A DNA stretch of 64,000 nucleotides from Fimbriosthenelais zetlandica (taxonomy: Eukaryota), in contig OZ365114.1 of the NCBI GenBank assembly GCA_977030845.1, positions 26,660,001-26,724,000 of the forward strand, in the 5' to 3' direction. Below the pieces are notes generated by a model. That model was not told the DNA's origin, searched no databases, and was given only the letters and a program-made list of their open reading frames with translations. Below are positions 25,860 to 39,309 of the stretch, piece after piece (the stretch's first letter is position 1; every line of letters begins with the position of its first letter). The translations under genes and the position numbers were made by a program.

Positions 25860-28457
25860 CTCAGTGAGACACAATGTGTGGCATTTACAGCAGCAATGTG
25901 GCATTATAATGGTCATAGTCTACATAATGGCTGTATAGTACTGGCGCCTTTTTGCAACTTGTATTCAGATGTGATTATATGCCTGCATTTATAATTGAAA
26001 GATTTCTCGGAATTGCCTGAGAAAACGTGACTCAATGAGAGTGGGGCGGGAGATGGACTGTCTGGTGCTAACCTCTACCAACCAGACCGGATTCTAATTA
26101 AGATTAATTAAACCTGATGTTCCCCTGTCTGGGGTAGGGGAGGGAGTTCACAAGTCTGGGTATAGAGGCAAGAGAGGGAAGGCAAGATCCATGAATATAC
26201 AATTGACTAGAGTGTACAGACATCACCTACATATACAAGGAGAGATAGAAAAGTAAATAAGGCAAGAATCAATTACACCCTGTGAGTCTATAGATATAGT
26301 GATGCTGGATAAAACAAACAGGTCCCATCAGGAGGACATAATCAGGAGAATGTATCACCCCGCTTGTTTGCTCTTATACAGCAGACTAAGCAGCCGTACT
26401 ATATCAATAATGCCATCTTGTTTACCCTTTATGGTCCATAAACCCAAGCTCCATTATAAGCAAATTGCATTTAAATGAGCCATACTTTTAGAGGCAGGGC
26501 AATTTTCAATTCCCTTCCTGTAGCTAGGTTAGGTACAGGATCATTTAAGCTGTTATGGAGGAATTAGGCCAATGAGAACATTCCCCATTGCAGAGTGTAT
26601 GGTAATAACTTGGTAGAAATCAGAAATCGTTAGGAACCAGTATTGTCTTTTGCTGTAGAAATCAATGGGAAAATTCAAGAATATTGGATTACAATCTTGA
26701 GTAGGCGTACAAATTGTGTACTCTTGTATTGAATATTGGGATGAATAGAGCCTCTGAAAACTTCTGAAATGCCAGTGTACGAAGAGCAGTTGGTTGCAAA
26801 ATGAACAAGTCACAGAATAATACCAACGCTGTCTGGACAGACAAAGAGTTGTTATCAGGGGAATCGGCGAGACTTTCTAACTGAAAGGTCGTTCTGTCCG
26901 CCGAGTAAAAGGACGATGATCTTTATGGCCTTTCTTAGAGAGAGAGAGTATGGGAAGGGATGGGGTGTGTTCACTTTGCTGACCAAACCTTGAGTTCCAG
27001 GGGCCATTTCTGTAAAAGTTATCAGGACTGTCTTCTTACAGTCTTTATATTCATCAACTGTGATTCTGTCTGAACATAGTGACTCAGGCATGTGGTTCAG
27101 AGTCAAATCACACTCTTGAGCCTGAGGATTCAGAACAAATAAAAATCAAATAAATAAATATTTCTCATTTAAGGAAACAGCTTGGTCATTTCCGTCATTC
27201 GTGAGATTCCTATATAACGATCCACAGCCAGTCTGGACTTATAAGGTGGACTTGCCCCTCCCCTCTACTCCACCAGCTTATCTTACCACTTTTATAATGT
27301 TGATAAAATGTGGCCAGCGTTAGGAAGCAGGGATTAATTAGAGGTGCCGGTAGGTGGAAGCTATAATTACACACTTCTAGGATGTCGGCTTTGGTATGGT
27401 CATCAATATTAATTTGGAAGAGTTGTCGATGTGGTTTTGAAAGTTACAAAGTTAGTCTTGCATCCAGACTCTAGGGAGGAGTAATTACATTCTGTCGTGA
27501 AATCAATTACATCACGGGCCAAAGTAATTACATTATTACATTTTGATATATTATCTGCGGCTTCTCCCCCTTTAATCAAAGCAGGGACAGTAGATTTCAC
27601 AGGGATACGGCTTCTTATTTTAATTATAGATATATGTACGACTTCCCTCTTTTTCGCTAAGAGAGGTGGTTTCTATGATACATATATGGAGATAATATTA
27701 GACGAGGCATATACATAGAACTACTTTAGGCTAAAGGGGACAACAGAAGATTCCAAGAAGTATATAATTTGTGGGACAATTTGTATACTGGTCAATATTC
27801 TAGCCCCTGCATCTATCAATTGTGCATAGGATTTGTGTACAGCCTTGCAGATTAATGCTTTCAGATAGGCTCCCAGAGATTCGAAGCCAAAATCCAAGAT
27901 GGCCGCCATAGTTATATTATTTTTTGGGGTATAGCTCAAAAGTAGTTGGCGATAGAAATAAGATGTCAATTATGGAGTTATTGAGGATGAAATGTGCTTT
28001 CTATCGGTACCAATATTGTTCATATTAGTTAATTGGAGCTCACTGCTTTCAGACAGATTGCAGTCAGGATTGAGGTTAGTGCTTGCGTCTGGCATTTGCA
28101 GCTCAATATGCTTTGGGACAGGCTGCAATGAGGATAGCAGCAATCTATTACTGATCATTCATTGAATGATCTCAGTCTATCTAATATGACTGGGATCATC
28201 ATATCTAGGTCAAGGTCACCTGTATGACCTTGGTATTTTGTCTTTGATGGTCACCCATGGACCAAAACTACGTGACTAGAGCAAGCTTCGTCCCCGAGAA
28301 GCTTGAAAGGAAAATTGGGAATGAATCAAAGGCATTCCTCAAGTCTACGTCACGAGGAGTGGAAATAAAAGGTGAAGGTATCATGGATGATCAACTTTTA
28401 TCATCACCGCCTCCTCTTATCTCCACAGGGCGGCGCTCTGATCGGAAATAGGAGTCG

Positions 28458-28707
28458 CTGATTGGTTAGTGAGCTGAAAGGAGCTGTTTTCAGCAATTAA
28501 CGTGGAGTGAGGCAGTGAGGGGGGGTGGGGGGTGGGGGAGACTGGTGGCCGGGACACTGCGGCGCGGTGAACGGAATCATGTGATTGGCTGGTAATTGTG
28601 GGTAAATATGGCGGCTATGTGACACAAAAGTGGGATATAAGAGGTATATAAAAACAGTCTGAGGAATGGTGAGGTGAGGTCAACTAGGAGGTCAGGGGCA
28701 GGTATTC
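28458..28707 (+). promoter_or_regulatory. Candidate Pol II core promoter (CCAAT x2, G-rich box, TATA)
   Basis: Reverse CCAAT boxes at 28461 and 28584, G-runs at ~28518-28538, YY1-like AAATATGGCGGC at 28604, TATATAAAAA at 28645-28654 and a possible donor CAG|GTATTC at 28702. Confidence 0.3.
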
Positions 28708-30289
28708 TGTCTCTTAGATATGATAGTGATAGTGATAGTTACTTTAAGAAGGTTTGATAGGTGGAGTATTGTGAAATGCAGCATTTTCATATTCCCTAAA
28801 ACACTGCATACATTTTGAAATGTGGTGAGAAATGGCAAAACAAAATAAGGTTCGTTATTGTGAAAACTTAAATTAAGAACCCAGACGTGATTAATTGCCG
28901 GTTTTTTGAAAAAAATGTTTTTTTTAATCTGCATGTCAAGCTCAAGGCCCTCTCAGTGTGGTTTAAATGAAATGACAATCTGCCGAATTCTGTGACAATT
29001 TCTGGTCGTTATTTAAATGCTACTTGAACTTTGAATGCGCTATTTTTATTTCGGAAACAACCAGTCAAAACACAATTAACGAAACCAATTTTACCAATGA
29101 AATGGGGATGATCAGAGCTTAAAAGCTGAATTTTTTCCTCCTATAGCCGAAATCATAAAGCCCTTCCCTTTCTGGCCTGAATTGGGTTTGGAGGATCTGA
29201 TTTGGGAGAAGTGTTAGTGATCTAAAGGTTGTCTGATAAGGAAACTAATTTTGTGTGGATCAAATTCATTTTGCTGCACTTTCCTACCCTTTAATACCTA
29301 AAATATCCCACTTTTCATGTTCATATTTCATGGGTATTAATATAACAGATAACGGGCACAATCTCAGTTGGCTTGCAAAAACAAATTTAGCCCCCAAAAA
29401 TGCTGGCGAGCAGAAAATGTGTGCAATCCCACTAGAAATTGCACGAGGCGTTTTGTGGACAGAAACAACAAAATTTTGCATTGAAATATTCTATACACTT
29501 TTGCCACAGTCTAATGTCCTCAGATGCTCATATAGATTAAAACACACAGCTTGGAAACCCAATTTGTAACTGATGAAAATTCTCATGTTACCAATTCACT
29601 CCTGGGAGGCATTAAGACAAGAAAGGAACCTTTCATTTTTAATCCACCCTCTAACACTGCATCCTCAAAGAATACCCAGCATAGCTTTAAGGTTGGAAAA
29701 ATGCCCCCTTCCCATCCCTTGTCATTAAACCCAACATCTGAGTGTGCCAATTTTAAAAACCTTTGTTTGAATTCTTCTTTGGAGTTGCCTGTAATGAGAG
29801 AAATATCAAGGCGGCGGAAAATCCCGCACGCAAAATGTCATCAGCTTCTGAGACCTGCACAAAGTCTGAGGCTGGCTCAAAGTGGTGTTCTTTAGGAAGA
29901 TGGCGGGCGGGCCAGCTGTGTCCTAATTAGGCTCGTCAGTCTTATAGGCTTAATAATCTCTGACCTTTCCTGCTGTTTGCCCTTGATCGCCTATCAGGTG
30001 ACGCCTGGTCCAGTCACCCTTTAATCATTCACTACCTCACACTGTTGCCCCAACCACAGGAGGTGTCACTCACCTTCCACCCCACAAATTGCCCCCAATA
30101 TTACCGTTAGATTTTAGTGGCTAATTCCTGAATGATTCACACCCGAGGATTACATGGCAGATTAGATTTGCCTTTGTACGTTTGAGGACAGGACAAATTT
30201 GGGCTGAGCAATCATTCTCTCTAGCAACTATCCCAGTACTTGTAAGTAAACTTACTACGTGAAGAATTTCACAAACCGTGTTGAGTTAG

Positions 30290-30360
30290 GGGCCCGTTCC
30301 AGCGTAATAAATTCCCATAGAGTTTCATAGCATTGCTAATGGTTATTCTGAAACAGGCCC
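30290..30360 (+). mobile_element. ~70-bp GGGCC-terminal MITE family copy
   Basis: GGGCCCGTTCCAGCG...CCCATAG...TAGCATTGCTAATGGTTATTCTGAAACAGGCCC matches the other copies. Confidence 0.8.
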
Positions 30361-31364
30361 CGGTATAGTATTGACTCATGGGAAGCAGCGAACCATGCAA
30401 AGTTGACAATGGTCATTTTATCTGCCCTTCACCAGTCAAAAAGGCTGTTCTGTGAAAAAGTGATCGATATTAAGCATCCTGGTTCACTTTATTGATACGA
30501 TGTGACGATCACTGTCACTGCTTGCCACATTCTGACAGACATGAGCTGTAAATGGTACGTCATTCAGAGGAAGTCTAGTTGGAAAGCACCCCATGCTGTC
30601 AGTGGGCATTTTTTACCATCATGTGTTTTAAATGTACGCTGAAAATAGGAACCCAAACATAGCTCCTGCCTGGTAAGATCTGAGACTTCACTGATAATGT
30701 CAAATGATCATTAAACCCTATTGTCTTCCAGAAACAAGTGCTGATGAATCCAATTCCAGAATAATTCTGTCCCCTTGCAAGAACAGATGAAACAGTCTTC
30801 TGTGCCCTTTTTGTCAAAATAACACCTTTTTGATCTGTCAAAAGAAACCAGATTTGAGTTTTAAGAAGATCTTTTACAGCAACCCAAAAGCAAGTCAAGC
30901 CCCTGGTACAAGCTCTGACTATTTGCCAAGGGAGATATTTATGGGGATTACAATAACCAATTAATTTGTGCTGCATTTGCTCACCCAATAAAATGTGATG
31001 GGCATGTGATTTTCTTCTAAGAACTTTGGCTGAACCAATGGCAGACATGGGATTAATTCGAGAATTCCTGCAGTTTAACCTGTGGTTTTTAGTGTGAATT
31101 ACAAAAGTCAATCATCTGATCATCAGATTTTTGAAGTGTGACTTTTACTGTTCGTGGTTATTGCAGTTAATGTCACTTCACCAAAAGTAGGTCAACCAGT
31201 TAAATACCAGATCATTAGTGCAGGACCCGCTAATATCCGAAGAATCCTTATTCATTTATATATAAGGAAATTTGCACACTTTAAAACTACAGGTAACTTT
31301 AAGAACGCAAATTGAACGTCTAAATTTGGGATGGCGATAGTAAGGAGCGATTCTTCTTATGCAG

Positions 31365-31382
31365 AGCAGACAAGATGATGAG
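31365..31382 (+). other. Candidate 18-nt micro-exon
   Basis: TTCTTCTTATGCAG|AGCAGACAAGATGATGAG|GTAAGT: pyrimidine tract with CAG and a consensus AG|GTAAGT donor. Confidence 0.2.
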
Positions 31383-31573
31383 GTAAGTATTTTGTGTCAT
31401 CTTGTGAAGTTTCCTCTGAATTGATGAAAGTCAGAGGTACAGTCGGAGCCACATGTGTACTGGTCATGTCCAGCACGGATTGCCTTGGTTAGGGCAAACT
31501 GGACCTATTTCCCTTCACCATAGTGAAGCCACTAATCCACTTTGACCGGAAGTTAGTCTCTATTCTGACTCAC

Positions 31574-31731
31574 AGACTGATCACTATGGGCTAGGGCTTT
31601 GAAGTGTCTGGTCTCCGGTCTTAGAACATAGACCATACGAACGACCACCACCTTGAGCCCCGGAGAACCTTTTTTTATTTTTTGAACAATACTTTTCCGT
31701 ATGTATTCCGGCATGAGGTTAAAGAATTTGT
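31574..31731 (-). CDS. Candidate internal exon, 158 nt (KFFNLMPEYIRKSIVQKIKKGSPGLKVVVVRMVYVLRPETRHFKALAHSDQS); product unknown
   Basis: Minus-strand acceptor CTCTCTTGCTTTTAG and donor TCT|GTGAGT. Only one of three frames is open. No family recognised. Confidence 0.2.
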
Positions 31732-33678
31732 CTAAAAGCAAGAGAGTATCTAGGAGAAATAGATATACAAATGTCGTGGTTCATTTCTTGATAATTTCAC
31801 CTAAAACCCCCGAAAATAGGCTATACTATGTTTGTCGATGACATTGACAGCAATGCATTCAGCAAAATCATGCGCCAAAACTCTCAGTTCGTAATTGAGA
31901 AAGCAGCAAAGTGGGAGTTCATGGACCGCACTTACTGATGCTAATCACCTCTCTATGCCTGACAAACGCCATTCACAATTTGGCCATTTGGCAAAATCAG
32001 TCAAAGATGGATTGTTAAAAGCAGAGAAAGCATCTATAATAAGGATATGGCAAGACGATGACAAATTCCAGCCCCATTTGGAGCAAGAGCGCGCGATGTT
32101 GGTCGATAAAAATCAGCTTTTTAAATCAGGGACGATTGCTCTGTCTGCCGTCTCTGCTCTGATAACTCGGATTTGATTTCCAAGGCAAAATTCATTATTT
32201 GATTCTGACAAAATCAATTATTTTCACGTTGATTTACTGGAGGGCTGACGCTCCAAAAATGCTTTATCTTCCTGTTCATCTTGACTCGGCCCGGATCAAA
32301 ACGGTGGTAGAGTGGATGGTGAAAGCGTGGATGGTGTTTTGTGTGAATGGTGGTGAGGGAGAGGGAAATTGACAGAGGGGGCAAGGGGAACATGGCTGCC
32401 TCTTGAAGTCAACCAGTAATGAGACAATGTGCTGCAAAAAAATAATCATACAAGAGTCCCAGAACTTTCATAAATGTTTTACTGGGGATTGGATCAGAAA
32501 TGTGCTTATGATCGAAAGGTAGTTTTATGAAGCAAGTCAGTTACAGACGGGGTAAGATAAGACAGAAGGAAGTATAATGTCCACACATTTGAGGTATAGA
32601 TTCTCCCAGGACTGGGATGTAGCTGCCAAAGCTTGCCTCTTGCTCCTCTCATCTTCTGCCAGCATAGATCAGTGTGAGATCTGTCATTGTCGTGTTTGAT
32701 GCTGGGAGAAGAGTCATCATGCTTATTGACCATCTCTCTAACCTCCAACAGCTTCCACACTTCCCATGTATGTCAATGAAAGGCTATAGCAGACAGGGCA
32801 AGCAAACAGGCCATTCTCCTACAGGCAAATATATGCTGCCTCCACTGATCTAGAGCCATCATCATATAGAGGCATGAAGCAACAATCAATCATGAGCACC
32901 CACATTTTTCACTTCTTTTAGTTCTTCTTATATCATGCAGACTTTCTGCAATTATAAGAACATATTTCCAAGAAGATATGTTTGCTACTATGGGCACAAC
33001 TCCTTGGCTGTCAATTTAGTTTATGCATGAGAATGTCCGACCTGACCTTCAAGTATTATAACTTCGGTATTATAGCGACATAATCTGCAATTTAATCTTC
33101 ATCGACGAGGCCTATTGAATACAAATGTCCTTATCGGAGGCAATATATTTATTGATAAGAAACCGTGCCTTTAAACGGGAGTATATATAAAAGCTGAAGT
33201 GTCTGGGACTAAGGCAGTACTCTGTTTGATAGCCTAGAATCCTCCCATCTTATTTTGACAGACCTTATCTCGACCACGCTGTCACAGCTTGATTTATGTC
33301 CCATTACTAGGATGGATGTGCCTGTCACTTTTTTAAAGAACGGCTATGGGAGCAAGTATTCATCCTAAACCAATAATAATATCCCAATAGATTTATGTCC
33401 CTGTTTAATACCTCCCAAACCAAGGCTGTTTCCAAATCCAATGAAAAAATATGCTTCAAATCTATTTAACTGCCCCCTCAGAGATCCAAATACCCTTGGA
33501 GAAAGTCTGTGTTGTAAACACGCAACAAAAATTAACTCCCTTGAAAATAATCACCAGGTTCCAGAATTGGATTACCTTCCATTTTTCACGGCTGTTAACG
33601 TTAAAAATACTTCCAATCATTTAGAATTTAATTTCAGGGACAATATTGCTGTGCTGTACCAGAGAGGCAGATGTAAAA

Positions 33679-33708
33679 GAAGAAGAAGAAGAAGAAGAAG
33701 AAGAAGAA
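33679..33708. repeat. (GAA)10 microsatellite
   Basis: Ten perfect GAA units. Confidence 0.98.
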
Positions 33709-35043
33709 ACTGGCCAACTTGGAGGTGTTTAAAGTTAATCGATAAGCCAATATAGGTGGTGTGTAAATTCTTATCAAGATTTCAGCCTTCTATCAGCTGG
33801 TCAGATCTGGGCGAGACGATGAAGCTGATGCCCTGTTCGTGTTCTAAACTGTTTTAGAGCTGCGTTCATCGATTTAGTCAAGGCCATGGAAGGAGAGGGG
33901 CAAACTATTGAGACCCACCACACGACTCATCAATCAATGTAACTCATGTCAATTAGACATAATTGAATCAGCAATTCAGTGGATAATGATTTGATATAAG
34001 CGGGAGGCAGACTGGAGTAGTTTTATCCTTCAGCCTCTATAAGGGGAAGCTTTACAATGGGAAAGGATTAAGGAGGGATAATCAATTTATACAGGGCTGA
34101 CTCTAGCCTACAAGCTGTCCCCCGTCACCAAGGCGGACCCGGCTACAGCAGCTAGAGAGATTACACTGACAGCCTTTTATTTCTTCTACCATGTCCCTGT
34201 GCTGAGTTTGTACCTCTGGGACAAAGCGTCTCATAACAGTTACTGCCTAATATTAGTAATGAAGGAATGTCTAATATTAATTAATATTAGTTCATTGAAG
34301 TTTTAATGACAACTTAAATATCTTATATACAATACAATGGCATCAGTTTAGGCCTTTAATAAACCACTTTGTGTGTACACTTTCCCTTTCTTCTAGTTCA
34401 TTCTTTCCCCCAGCCGTACTTTCTCCCCATTTTACCGTTTTTAGACCCACCACAGTGGTCTGGTTAGCCCCCAGGGATGGTGGCGACCAACCTAGAAATT
34501 CCAGCTAATGTTACATGACCTTCTCCCGAGTTCCACCTCTATAGACTCAGTCCTGACTAGACGAACCAATCAAATCACTCGGTCTATTGTAGACGGCCTC
34601 TTAGCCAATCATAGAACAGAGTTCAAAGGACAGTCAGCTGGTCACAATGGATTCCTTTGGATTCAAATAAAAAACCCAATAGACATTCTGCCCTAGTATG
34701 CTAGTTTATATATCGAATAGAGCAACAGATTCTTAAAGAAATCGCTGAAGCAAGGTTTGCTGATGTTTGATGGTTTCCTGAGGATCTCCTCCAAGAGAGC
34801 CTTTACCTGCTTGAATTGATTGACGCATTAACGAGGTACCTGAACACTCTTGTACACATGGGTTATTCAGGAAATGCTCGAGGTAACCGACTCCTCGCAT
34901 TATGCATATGTTTACCTAGGATTGTATGGATGCAATATCTCAGCCAGCATGAATATATGAATGACATTATAGGAACTAGGCAGATATACATGTAGAAGAA
35001 GCAAGGGCCAAGGACGAGCAATGCTTCAGATTCATGAACCAGT

Positions 35044-35077
35044 CTTACAATTTGGAGCCTCCTTACAATTTGGAGCC
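35044..35077. repeat. Local duplication (18-bp period)
   Basis: CTTACAATTTGGAGCC at 35044 and 35062. Confidence 0.85.
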
Positions 35078-38000
35078 AAGACTTGTGGACCATATTAGAG
35101 GGGCAAGGATTTGAATCCCTTTTCAGTGGTCAAGCACTTCGAAAAATGGGGTATTTTAACCTTTAATTTGCCACGGACTGCACTGTTCATATGCTAAAAG
35201 GAAAATACATTTGTAAAATATAAAATTACTTAATGATAGAGTTTCTGATGCTATCGATAAAACACAATGGATTGAATGGAAAAAGTATCGTGAGAACTGG
35301 TAAAAGCGAAACACTCCATCTTATTCCATTGTGCTGAGCTCCGTGAATGCTACAAAACAGGTCATCATTCTTCTACCATTCTCTATGCCCTATTCCCTTC
35401 AATCCACCCACTCCATTCAACATCACGAAAATCAGACATGATTTTCTTTTTCAAATTACTCCTTTTAAAACTTTCCATCAAATCAGCAGTTCTTATGAGC
35501 AAGGAAAACTACCCCTGTCTTGTACATAGTCGTGTAATCAATCAGGACTTAATAGCGTTGTTAAGTGCTTGCCCGTATATCAGCTAAAATAACCATCGAT
35601 CCATTTCACCGTCCCCACGGGACAGAAATCAAATATTTGCTCTTAAGTCTCATTTTATAAAGGGTTATTTATTTGCGCTGCAATTTAATGTTTTTTCACT
35701 GCAACTTATTGTTTTTAACATGTCTTAGAATATTGATAACCAGAAGCACTAGTGATAATTAGGTACTCGTGTTATTTAAGACTTTTTTGTGAAATTCTTA
35801 ATTTGCAAGCAATTTAAAAAGGTCATTATTACCTAATTAATGCTTTGAGGTGTGCACGATAGTGCCTTATAAAAGATTAATGCCAGTTGAGAAGGTTAAT
35901 AGGCCAAAATTATCTCCTCCACTTCTTGAACTTGTTTGACTACTCTAAAACCTTCCCTTTGTATTCTATCCCGTCTCCAGTACCTCCAGATTGCTTCTAA
36001 GCTTTAATACTACTCAAGTTATTGGAAATTGTTATTCAAAACCTTGCTAAATACATTCTGATTGAAAGTGAGTTTCTGTAACATACACTTGCATTTTAAT
36101 CGCCATGTGAGATTAATTTCCCAACTAGAAAAAGTCACGATGAAATCCTATACAGATTAATGTTTATGTGAGCTAGAAAATTAGGATTTTTCTTGCAGGA
36201 GTCAATAAATGAGATGTTAGGTTTGAGCCACCGTGAACTATAAGATCGTCCGCCTACTTCTGACCGGAAAACAATGTTCATCATCTAAAAGAACTTGGTT
36301 ATTTTTGGCAGGCTGCTGTGGTAATTAGCATAGAATTAGCTGCTCATTTGCTGCCCAGAGTGCAAACAGCAACTATAGTACTTCACTCCCTTAAAAGCAG
36401 GCTCAACAGACATTGAGGTATTGTGAAGAACAGACCAGTTGAACAGCACTGAGGTTAGCTCAGATAGGTCCGCAGAAAGAACCTAGAGAGATGGGTCCAT
36501 CCATGCATAAAGTACATGTATCTTAACAAGAGAAAGTGAGTTGATGCATACAAATGTTAGAGAATGGGCAGGAGTAGATGATAGCCAGGAAGCTGAGAAG
36601 GCCTATAGTGTATGCTGATCAGTGAGTAGGTCAAGGCTTCATCATGGACATCCCACCCTACCAGCCATATAGTACCTACCTTCACACACACCCTCCAGGG
36701 ACAGTGGTTCCCCACTGACCCCACACCCACCAATGACTGACCTCCTAATACCAATGAATAGCCAATCAGCTTCCTCCAGTACAGTCTGTAATTGAGAACT
36801 CCACGTTCTGAATCGAGCAAGCGAAATATAATTGAAACCCCATACCGAGTCCATGGTCCAACCAAAACAGACCTCTAATTGCTGTGCCCAGCTAAATCTG
36901 GCCACATCATTTGTAATCATCTTCTGGGTGCTTGGACAGATTCACTAATGTTAGAGTACAATCTTCCACTCGGGGAATAACAGGTTATTCTAGCGGAACA
37001 AGCTGACTTTTTCCCCATCGATGTCCACCTAAGGGAGGGGATATATTTAGGGGTCCAGACTGAGCTATTTGAGGGTGTAGCCACATTGACGTTGTTCATA
37101 GAGTAGTTTGGGTACAAAGTGCGTCATGGAGCAGCGAGTTGTGTGTGGAATAATGGCCATCAATAAGCCACTTCCCTCCTGCATCCAAAGCAATAGCCAG
37201 TCATGACATACGAGTCCATCAAAGCAACATATAATAGACTTTTCCAGAATCATCGAGTCATAAACCCAATGGCAATATCCAAGCCATGAGTGGAAATGGA
37301 AATATTCTCTGAAATAGAAATTGGCGACTATAAAAAAACTCATAAAAGGGGGTATACTACTGTTCTAGAGGAATAAGTTCCGCACTTAGCAAATCGCAGG
37401 CTAAAAGGAAATTTTCTTTTTATAAAACAATGCCCACCAGCAATAAAGACCAAGAATACATTAAATAGAAAGTGCATTATGGTACAACCACTTTTGTGTA
37501 CAAAGTGTCTAGACATACTGCACATTCACCAGATAAAAATGAAATTATTCCAGCCGTTAAAATAGCAGGGACCACAATCCATATTAAACCACATGCATTG
37601 AAGGCAAATTGAAGTCAATAATTCATATTTAGATATTACAATCCAACAATGTTTTAAGCAGTAAACCGTGTTAAATTGCCTTCAACATTATAATACATAG
37701 ATCAGCTGGAGTTGTGGGTGTTAATGTCTGACAGTCAAGGTAAAAGAGAAGGTTGGATATAAGAACCAGATCCATGAACCTGGGCTCCTGAAATAGAGAG
37801 CATGCCTGGCAAACTGATGAATCATGGCTGCCACCTGTAAAGGAAGAAAACCAGGCAGCCCTGCCATATTTGGGGCACATTGTTACCAGGGTATTCTTAG
37901 TCTGTGTCTAAGTTTGGCATCTTTAGAACACATTGGTGCAAGCTTCACACCATTAGTAATTAAGTGGGAGGATCGGTTGAGGCGAACCTGATTGGCTTTA

Positions 38001-39291
38001 TTTGCATGAATGGCTATAGATGGAGAGACCGCAGGGGAGGTCAAAGATGAACCAAAAAATGGAACAAGAAGGTAATGGAAGAAAGGAAGAGGGGGAAAAA
38101 GAGGGAAGAGGAAGGAAGGAAGAGCAGAAACGAGGGAATTCTGCAGAGGGATGAGATCTTAAAAAGGGCTGAAGCAACACAGGAAAGAAAGGGCAAGGAA
38201 AATGTTACAGCAGTTTTACTGTGATCCTAAGTAATACTATGCAAAGGTCATCCTAGGCCTCGTTAATGCTCATACATCATTTATCTACTTTTGATGCTGC
38301 AGAATCATAAGTTCATGGACTGATGGAACATTTGTTTTTCCAATGAGTTCCGCGGCTGTGAGTCCAGGGTGAGGGAACTATTGGTTAGGAGCCTATGCCA
38401 CCTTTTATGTCCGGAAAGGTCTAACATGTCATCTCCACTAGGCCCTCAGACTCAGTATATCATTTTTGTGGAACGTAAATATGATCCCTTAGCTTAGCAC
38501 TGTCTGACAGTGGAGGCTTTAATTGCGGGGGCATAGAGGCAGGCTGCAGGTACGGCCCCTCACAAGGTCCTTATTTAAGGGCATAAAATGAGGCCAAAAC
38601 AGATAAAGTCTGAAGGGGAATGTGAGGTGGAAGGTGCCTGGTCCTCCATAAATCAGACAGAGAAAATTAAAAGATGACAAGTATTATGTTCAAGGTCGGT
38701 TTTCCTGGTCATTACATGGAGGATAGGGGAGACGTTGTGGGTAAAGCTAAAAGGGCCGGCGAAGCTTTTTGTCATGAGATCAGGAAAGGATCAATGGAAA
38801 ATAGATCTTCAATTCTTTGGAAAGTATGGTACATAATTTTAATTTCCGCAGTTTCTTTGGAAAGTACAATACGGTGCAACACCTGGAAAAATAAAAAAAA
38901 ATCCAATGGCAAAGTAATGGATTTTCCAGAGCCCTTTGTCTTTATTGTTTAGACATCTAAGCTGGTTTGGTGGTGCGGCTATTGTACACCAGGGACAGGT
39001 TTTAAGTGAGAGTTTTACACAGTGGCATTGCAATGATGGATGGGGGCAGGCAGAGGAATATTGTGTAAAAGGATGGTCGGCCAAGGTCAGTTGATGAAGC
39101 GAAAAACAATACAGTTAATATGGACATAACCAATGAACGAAGATAGGGGCATGGAGTGAATGGTCAAAGCCTGACTGTTTTCAAATTGATAGGCAGTCTG
39201 GGGAAAACTCAGTGGACAGAGTAGCACTATCCCTTAAAGCTTGTATACATTGTAAATGTCCAGTAATGGGGACAAATCGGTGAGGCAGAGC

Positions 39292-39309
39292 TGGCACCAG
39301 GGGGCAGTG
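39292..39309 (+). promoter_or_regulatory. CTCF-like motif
   Basis: TGGCACCAGGGGGCAGTG closely matches the CTCF core CCACCAGGGGGC(A/G). Motif match only. Confidence 0.4.

Noticed and set aside
27721-27969. ORF containing MAAILDF
   Set aside because: It reflects the ATGGCGGCCATCTTGGA word common in MITE remnants and YY1 sites, not a protein.
30599-31111. 170-aa minus-strand ORF
   Set aside because: Random-looking composition, no motif and no clear splice signals.
36455-36500. tRNA A-box-like TAGCTCAGATAGG
   Set aside because: No B-box and no cloverleaf.
36557-37525. Chain of overlapping short minus-strand ORFs suggesting a frameshifted gene
   Set aside because: The peptides are unrecognisable, several depend on alternative start codons, and there is no coherent protein signal.
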